Source of the DNA: an uncultured archaeon
GTDB taxonomy: Archaea > Micrarchaeota > Micrarchaeia > Micrarchaeales > CABMGC01
Length of the DNA stretch: 32,000 bases
Assembly: GCA_963704435.1 (NCBI GenBank)
Contig: OY969902.1
Span: forward strand, 120,001-152,000
Direction: 5' to 3'
Under the pieces are notes generated by a model, which worked only from the letters and a program-made list of their open reading frames with translations, did not search any database and was not told the DNA's origin. Positions within the stretch are counted from its first letter, which is position 1. Each line of letters starts with the position of its first letter. Shown here piece by piece: positions 26,435 through 32,000 of this stretch. A program made the position numbers and the translations under genes.

Positions 26435-27064
26435 TCACCTGGCCACCAGTCCCGCAAATCTCTTTGGGGCCAGGCCCTGCACAATGTCGCTCTCCTCGGT
26501 GTAGTAAAGGCAGGACGGACCGATTCGCTCAACCTTCTCGCCTGCTTTACTAAGCGTCCCGCCGGTCCGTATGTAGTCGTCGAACATGACCGCCTTCGAC
26601 ATCGCCTTAATGAGTCTCATGTCCTCTCCAGACACGCACAGACCGCTGTCGCGCTGATACTCGATGAGGACGAACTCGAACGGCTTTCCGCGCTCCAGCA
26701 GCTGCCCCGCAACGTACGCTGCCGGGTATATCCCGGAGCGCATGAGGGGTATGAGCGCGACCCTGCCCCAGAATCTGCCCAGCAGATGATCCACATACTT
26801 GTCTTCGTTTGAGACGCGGCCGCAGTCAGTCAGCCGCATGCCAATCGCTTCGATGCTGAACTCGCCGTAGGTCCTTCCTCTTGCGCACTCGGCAAGCTCC
26901 ATGAAACTCTGCCTGAGCTCCGACCTCACCTCGCCTCTCTCGCTTTCGCTCCTGCTGCGGTCGAACTGAAGTGACCACAGCTCTCTTATCCTGTGAAGGG
27001 AAGGTGGCCTCTTCAAGTCATTGAACGTGCCTGCAACGGCTGCCGCTTTTTGCACCGTATCCAT
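26435..27064 (-). CDS. Phosphoribosyltransferase-like protein
   Basis: 209 aa; KAVMFDDYIRTGGTLSKA matches the PRPP-binding signature. Confidence 0.6.
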   Translation of the reverse strand: MDTVQKAAAVAGTFNDLKRPPSLHRIRELWSLQFDRSRSESERGEVRSELRQSFMELAECARGRTYGEFSIEAIGMRLTDCGRVSNEDKYVDHLLGRFWGRVALIPLMRSGIYPAAYVAGQLLERGKPFEFVLIEYQRDSGLCVSGEDMRLIKAMSKAVMFDDYIRTGGTLSKAGEKVERIGPSCLYYTEESDIVQGLAPKRFAGLVAR

Positions 27065-27230
27065 GCTTTTATTATGCCTTCTCCGGTATAAAAACGTGCT
27101 TCAGGAAAGTGCCCATAACGCTCTGGGAAGAATAGGGCGTCGCTCCAATCGAACAGTTCGGGGCTCAATTTATAAATGTTCTTGATTAATAACATATTAC
27201 AGTTGCTTTTCTGAGTTTTTAGGGTATCTA

Positions 27231-27686
27231 ATGGCAAGACTGCACACGCGGAAGCACGGCAAATCGAAGTCAAGGAAGCCGGTGGCGGAAGACGTCAAGA
27301 TAACGGCCGACCGGAAGGAGGTCGAGGGCGCCATACTCGACTATGCCAGGCAGGGCATGAGCAGCAGCGAGATAGGCCAGAGCGTAAAGGTCGCCCACGG
27401 CGTCGGATACCTGAAGCCTCTGCTCGGCAAGAGGCTTAACCAGTTCCTCGCCGAGAAGGGAGTCAAGAAGGAGCTGCCGGACGACATTATGGCGCTTATG
27501 AGGAAGGCCGTGAGCATGAGGAAGCACCTCGCCAGCAACCACGGGGACGTGTACGGCAGGATCAGGCTGGGAAGGGTCGAAGCCAAGATATGGAGGCTGA
27601 GCAGGTACTACAGGAGCTCGGGGAAGATACCCGCCGATTGGAAGTATGACCCAGAGCAGGCTGCGCTTATGATAAAGAAGGCATGA
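27231..27686 (+). CDS. rps15: 30S ribosomal protein uS15 (S13e/S15p)
   Basis: 151 aa; MARLHTRKHGKSKSRKP and LASNHGDVYGRIRLGRVEAKIWRLSRYYRSSGKIPADWKY. Confidence 0.97.
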   Translation: MARLHTRKHGKSKSRKPVAEDVKITADRKEVEGAILDYARQGMSSSEIGQSVKVAHGVGYLKPLLGKRLNQFLAEKGVKKELPDDIMALMRKAVSMRKHLASNHGDVYGRIRLGRVEAKIWRLSRYYRSSGKIPADWKYDPEQAALMIKKA

Positions 27687-27696
27687 GGTTAGTTGG

Positions 27697-28260
27697 ATGG
27701 CTGTTCAGAAGGGAGTTGACAAGTGGAAGGAGAAGCAGTGGTTCGACGTATACCCGCCGAAGGACATTGCCACCGAGATCATAGGCAGCGTGCCATCCAG
27801 CGACGAGAAGAACATGCTGGGCAGGGAGGTAAAGGTCAACCTGTCATGGATAACGAACAACCCCAACCACTCGTTCATCACGGTCGGGCTCAAGGTAACC
27901 GGCGTTAGCGGCAACTCCGCAAACACCGACGTGAGCTACCTGGCTCAGCAGTACAGCTACCTGCACTCGTTCGTCAAGAGGCGCGGAGACGTCATCTACA
28001 CCTACGACAAGGTGAAGGACAAGGATGGCAAGGAGATGGTGCTCAAACTCCTCATAACCACGAGGAACAAGATAGCCAGGAGGGCGCAGGCGGACATGAG
28101 GAAGGCGGTCAGCGTGTTCATCGCAGACTACGTCCCGAAGCTCGGGAAGGGCGAGTTCGTCAAGGCGATCATATCAGGGGCATTCCAGCAGGAGGGAGTG
28201 AAGAAGCTGGCGAAGATCGTACCGATCTCAAGGTTCGAGATAAAGAAGGCCGAGTTCTGA
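27697..28260 (+). CDS. rps3ae: 30S ribosomal protein eS1 (S3Ae)
   Basis: 187 aa; KWKEKQWFDVYPPKDIATEIIGSVPSSDEKNMLGREVKVNL. Confidence 0.96.
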   Translation: MAVQKGVDKWKEKQWFDVYPPKDIATEIIGSVPSSDEKNMLGREVKVNLSWITNNPNHSFITVGLKVTGVSGNSANTDVSYLAQQYSYLHSFVKRRGDVIYTYDKVKDKDGKEMVLKLLITTRNKIARRAQADMRKAVSVFIADYVPKLGKGEFVKAIISGAFQQEGVKKLAKIVPISRFEIKKAEF

Positions 28261-28286
28261 AGCCAGATACAAACAGATTCCTGTTT

Positions 28287-29918
28287 CTAGTTCTTGTAAT
28301 ACACCGTCACATTGGTGAAGTTCCCGAAGAAGGTATAGATCGAGGGCTCGTACTTGGTCAGCCATACGGGCCTCGCCGGAGGGACGTAGGCCACGGAAAG
28401 GCCGCAGTCCTGCTCGAGGATCGAGTTTGCGAAGCTCACGACATAACTGTCATTGACTATCCCGTCGCAGCCGTCCCACGGCCCGTTAACCAGGTTGAAC
28501 TTGTAGTTCGAGTATTCCTCGAGGGGTATCGGGTTAGGCCTTACCACGGTCGTGTTCGGAGGCAATGCATTCACGAAGCTCGCCACCTTCAGCAGGGGAT
28601 ACAGATAACCATACTGGGAATATCCGATGTAGCTTATCGAGATGCACGACTCCGCGAGCAGCGCAAGGAGCAGAGCCATAGCAAATACCTGCTTTGCCCT
28701 TGTGCCGATCCCCTTCTTCGCGCCCTTCCTGCTCTCCATGAGCCTCACTATGAAGAAGCCTATCAGCAGGGCGAGAGCGGGGCCAAATATCAGCGTAAAC
28801 CTCTGGTACTGGGGCTGGATAGGAAGGAAGTTCTTCAGGCTCATGGGGCCGTACGCGAGGTAAATGAGCGTGGAGAACACCCACAGCCCCGGAACTGCGA
28901 CCCTCTTGTCGAATTTCAGGAGGAGGTACGCTGCTGCCAATAGCGCGATGTAGAAATACGCTCCTATCAGGTAGCCGAACCATATCGCGTTCGCGTTGGA
29001 CACCGAAGCATCCCATGCCGACAGCAGGGATACGAACGACGGGTGGGCTATGGCCTGCGACGCTACCCAAGCGACGTTGTACGGAAGGAGCTCGGACGCG
29101 TACGTGCGCAGCGAGGAGATTCCGTATCCGCAGGACATCTGGCCGCAGTAGTTTGAGTACCAAGAGGAGTCTGTGGTGTATATGTAGAGGGGGTTCCCTG
29201 CGGTGAGATAGCCAAGCAGCGCTATGATTGAGACCGCGCACAGTATGCCTACTGCAAATGAGGCGATTCTCAGCAGCTGTTTCCGGTTCATGTGCTTTAC
29301 CGTGTCAAAAAGAAGGATTAGCAGCAGGAAGGGGATTATTATGAGCGTCTCTGGCACAGAAAGGAAGCCTATCACTGCGAAGAACGCGGACAAGGCATAG
29401 AAAATCTTTTTCCTCTCATTCTTTGTCGCGAGTATCATCATCAGTACCGCGAGGGACGCGAAGAATGCCATCTGCACGTCGTCCCCGACGCTGGACGCCT
29501 GGATTACCGCGAGCGGGAGAGCGCCGTACAGCAGCGCGGAAACGAGCCCCGCCTTCCTGTTGTAGAGCTCGCTCCCGATGAGATAGACCACCGCGACGGT
29601 GCCTAGGAACATCAAAAGGTCGAAGAACACGCTCGTGAACGGACTGTACCCGAACAGCGAGTAGAGCACGGCCATGCTCCCTATTACGATGTATTTCATT
29701 CCGTCAGCGCCCGTCCCCACGAACCCAGTTATCCCGACAACGGCGACATGGTGTGCGAACAGGTTGTAGAGGTAGTTGTCGGACTGGTTGAGCGGAGTTA
29801 TCCCGTAGAAGAATGCGAGGGTCAACCCTGCGCTAAAGATAAGCACCAAACAGAGTGCTGCGAGATAGATGCGACTCTCGTCCTTAGCCTTTCTCTTTCT
29901 TGATTTCAAATCATCCAC
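28287..29918 (-). CDS. GT-C fold membrane glycosyltransferase (PMT/ArnT-like, GT39/83 type)
   Basis: 543 aa, ~10 hydrophobic segments, Arg/Asp-containing first loop, YNRKAGLVSALLYGALPLAV. Confidence 0.75.
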   Translation of the reverse strand: MDDLKSRKRKAKDESRIYLAALCLVLIFSAGLTLAFFYGITPLNQSDNYLYNLFAHHVAVVGITGFVGTGADGMKYIVIGSMAVLYSLFGYSPFTSVFFDLLMFLGTVAVVYLIGSELYNRKAGLVSALLYGALPLAVIQASSVGDDVQMAFFASLAVLMMILATKNERKKIFYALSAFFAVIGFLSVPETLIIIPFLLLILLFDTVKHMNRKQLLRIASFAVGILCAVSIIALLGYLTAGNPLYIYTTDSSWYSNYCGQMSCGYGISSLRTYASELLPYNVAWVASQAIAHPSFVSLLSAWDASVSNANAIWFGYLIGAYFYIALLAAAYLLLKFDKRVAVPGLWVFSTLIYLAYGPMSLKNFLPIQPQYQRFTLIFGPALALLIGFFIVRLMESRKGAKKGIGTRAKQVFAMALLLALLAESCISISYIGYSQYGYLYPLLKVASFVNALPPNTTVVRPNPIPLEEYSNYKFNLVNGPWDGCDGIVNDSYVVSFANSILEQDCGLSVAYVPPARPVWLTKYEPSIYTFFGNFTNVTVYYKN

Positions 29919-29921
29919 TCT

Positions 29922-30287
29922 TCACAGTATCTTTTTCTGTTTGTCCAAATCAAATATCTCTTCTAGGTCGATAGCCAATGCATGATGAGGCAAGGGAGGG
30001 ACGCTTCTCTTGATGGCTAAGGAAAGGTAGTCTCCAGAAGAATAAACCTTAGCACGGTCATCTATCCGGTAATACTCTCCACCGCGCTTTGCTACAATTG
30101 AGACCTTTTTGTTTTTCCTGATGTTCTCTAAAGTTGTCTTCATCTGGCAAGCGCCTATCAATAACTTCTTTTTGTAAAAACCACACGACATCACGACGAT
30201 GACGCGTGGATTTCCGGATTTTGAACTCGTAGCTAAAAAGATCTCCTGGCCCGGTTCCAATGCCTTCCTCCATCCCTTGCCCGGCAT
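29922..30287 (-). CDS. Pyridoxamine 5'-phosphate oxidase-like (FMN-binding split barrel) protein
   Basis: 121 aa; FLATSSKSGNPRVIVVMSCGFYKKKLLIGACQMKTTLENIRKNKKVSI. Confidence 0.75.
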   Translation of the reverse strand: MPGKGWRKALEPGQEIFLATSSKSGNPRVIVVMSCGFYKKKLLIGACQMKTTLENIRKNKKVSIVAKRGGEYYRIDDRAKVYSSGDYLSLAIKRSVPPLPHHALAIDLEEIFDLDKQKKIL

Positions 30288-30288
30288 C

Positions 30289-30630
30289 TCACAGCCTCTT
30301 CTTTATGAAATCGGCAAGCACGATCGCGCTGTTGTGCTCGGTGTCCTTCGCCGAGTAGACGAGCGTCACGTCGGTCTGCTTCACCATCGCTATGAGCTCT
30401 CCGACCTCGCCGTTGGTCTCAAGCTCCTTCTCGTACTTCCTCCTGAACTCGTCCCATTTCGCGGGGTCGTGGGCGAACCACTTCCTCAGCGCGTCGCTGG
30501 GCGCGACCTCCTTCATCCAGAGGTCTATGCTCTGCGAGCTCTTCTTCACTCCGCGTGGCCAGAGGCGCTCCACGAGGACCATCTTTCCGTCCGTGAGGTC
30601 CCTCCTTTCGTAGACCCTCTTCATTCCCAT
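30289..30630 (-). CDS. DUF488 family protein
   Basis: 113 aa; LVERLWPRGVKKSSQSIDLWMKEVAPSDALRKWFAHDPAKWDEFRRKYEKEL. Confidence 0.9.
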   Translation of the reverse strand: MGMKRVYERRDLTDGKMVLVERLWPRGVKKSSQSIDLWMKEVAPSDALRKWFAHDPAKWDEFRRKYEKELETNGEVGELIAMVKQTDVTLVYSAKDTEHNSAIVLADFIKKRL

Positions 30631-30667
30631 GAGCACAAAGGCACCGATTTCAATTCTGTCTGCACAT

Positions 30668-31186
30668 TTAAATACGTTGGCTTGTTTTTTCTCGGGCGGA
30701 TGGCATCTTTCCGACGGCCGAGGCGAGCAGGCTCTCCTTCCCGACAAGGGACAGGAATGATCCGATGTTCATGACCTTCCCGTTCCGCATGTGTATGTCC
30801 AGCATCTCAAGCATGAGTCCGTCGGCCTGGTCGAGCCTAGAGAAGTAGACCCCCCTCTCGTTCACGAATCCCTTCGAGTCGAGCATGCCGGCCACGAGGC
30901 ACGCCGCGAGCTCGCGGCTCCTCTTCGGGAGCGAGGCCTTCCGCTCGAGGATCTCCCTTATCATCCGGGCTATCCTAGAATGGTAGAAATGGACGTGCTT
31001 GACCTCGCCGCTCTCCTCGATAAGTATCTTCTTAGGGTCCGCGCCGAGCGCGAGGGCGAACTTCACGAACCGCTCCACTAGCTCGTCATTGCGCGTCCTG
31101 ACCCCGATGTAGCTCTTGTCGGGGACCCTGTAGTTGTCCATGACTCCTGCGAGGTAGCACAGCTCCCTTGTAGTCCTGAAGCGCAT
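30668..31186 (-). CDS. LAGLIDADG-like fold protein lacking canonical catalytic acids
   Basis: 172 aa; two LAGLIDADG-like motifs, LCYLAGVMDNYR and LAACLVAGMLDSKG, ~90 aa apart. Confidence 0.55.
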   Translation of the reverse strand: MRFRTTRELCYLAGVMDNYRVPDKSYIGVRTRNDELVERFVKFALALGADPKKILIEESGEVKHVHFYHSRIARMIREILERKASLPKRSRELAACLVAGMLDSKGFVNERGVYFSRLDQADGLMLEMLDIHMRNGKVMNIGSFLSLVGKESLLASAVGKMPSAREKTSQRI

Positions 31187-31210
31187 GGTAAGAATGGGAC
31201 GGATAAGGAT

Positions 31211-32000
31211 TTAAGCGTTGGAAGGCTGCTCCGATGAACGCTGCACGGCCATGAGCGGCTCCGCGGAGGCTACGGCTATCGTGCCTGCCCCCTCGACCCG
31301 CTCGTTGCCGTCCAATTCTTTTTTATTATATGTTGAACCTGCGGCATCCAGAGGGTTGTCGATGGGAATCTCTTGCCCCCATTCGGAGAACCCGAAAGGA
31401 ACCTCGTTGGAGATGCCGGACTCAAAGGCTCTGAACAAATCGCCCATCCCCCTGAGTTCCATAGCCCGCACCGGAACGTTGCGGCGGCTGCACGCCCTTG
31501 TGAGGGAAGCGACCCGGTTATCTCCTGCGTATAGCTCGAATTTCATGTGAACGTCGTTTTTCTTGAGGGAATCATGGCGCTGATCTCCAAAGATCGCGCC
31601 CTTGTTGCTGACAAATACGTACGTGATTATCACCTTGTCGAGGCTCTTTTCCCTACCCTTCTCAACGACCTCACAGTACATCCTCGGGAACCTGATCTTT
31701 CCCTTGGAAGTGGCCATCACAAAGTCCTTCAATGGGAGGCCGTCCTTACTGTCCTTGAACACAGGGAACCAAAGATCGGGCCGCACGGCTGCGCTCCCTG
31801 ACTCAGTCTTGAAAAGCAGTTTCAATTGCACCTTCGGAGGCGCCGAGGCCTGCTTGGAAGATATAGGATTTGCTGGGACAGCTTCGCGGACGGTCCTTCC
31901 GAGGTCACGGAGGCGCGGCAGTGGTGGAGAGTCGCTGATTATGTGGTATCCCTGCCCGCCGCGAGCAAGCTTACCGTCCGAGACGAGAGTAGCGATAGCG
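31211..32000 (-). CDS. Hypothetical protein, continuing past the right window edge
   Basis: The listed ORF starts at a TTG (31831), but the frame is open to 31999 (hand translation AIATLVSDGKLARGGQGYHIISDSPPLPRLRD...KVQ|LKLLFKTESG). Confidence 0.6.
   Translation of the reverse strand, partial: AIATLVSDGKLARGGQGYHIISDSPPLPRLRDLGRTVREAVPANPISSKQASAPPKVQLKLLFKTESGSAAVRPDLWFPVFKDSKDGLPLKDFVMATSKGKIRFPRMYCEVVEKGREKSLDKVIITYVFVSNKGAIFGDQRHDSLKKNDVHMKFELYAGDNRVASLTRACSRRNVPVRAMELRGMGDLFRAFESGISNEVPFGFSEWGQEIPIDNPLDAAGSTYNKKELDGNERVEGAGTIAVASAEPLMAVQRSSEQPSNA

Noticed and set aside
1-32000. CRISPR array, rRNA genes, TnpB or a complete known defence operon
   Set aside because: No regularly spaced repeats, rRNA-like blocks, RuvC-type TnpB, Cas proteins or linked methyltransferase/endonuclease pair was seen.

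Overview
This 32 kb window looks archaeal: TFB, uS15, eS1, TATA boxes ~25 nt upstream of start codons, a TRAM protein. A DPANN/Micrarchaeota-like source is only an inference. Recognisable genes are an aldose-1-epimerase-like protein, an MFS transporter, two Dus paralogues (one short), TRAM and CspA cold-shock proteins, a DUF3175-like protein, a PAPS-reductase/CysD-like protein, a THUMP+FtsJ-like methyltransferase, a WecB-like epimerase, a kinase-like+dCMP deaminase fusion, a divergent pyrophosphatase-like protein, an ABC permease/ATPase pair, TFB with a long basic N-terminal tail, a PRTase-like protein, uS15, eS1, a GT-C membrane glycosyltransferase, a PNPOx-like protein and a DUF488 protein. 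One compact IS200/IS605-type element (tnpA only, hairpins at both ends) lies at about 6.76-7.41 kb. Small uncharacterised genes are concentrated at 0-4 kb, 9.4-10.9 kb and 13.8-18.5 kb. The best candidate for an undescribed system is a module present twice: a small two-helix membrane protein next to a cytosolic protein with a shared N-terminal region (loci 2.2-4.0 kb and 9.5-10.9 kb). Other leads are a putative PD-(D/E)XK nuclease, a LAGLIDADG-like protein lacking the catalytic acids, a 55-aa zinc-finger protein absent from the ORF track, 3' hairpins behind both cold-shock genes, and a 10-bp tandem repeat in a divergent promoter. Family assignments come from motif recognition by eye; no database search was run.
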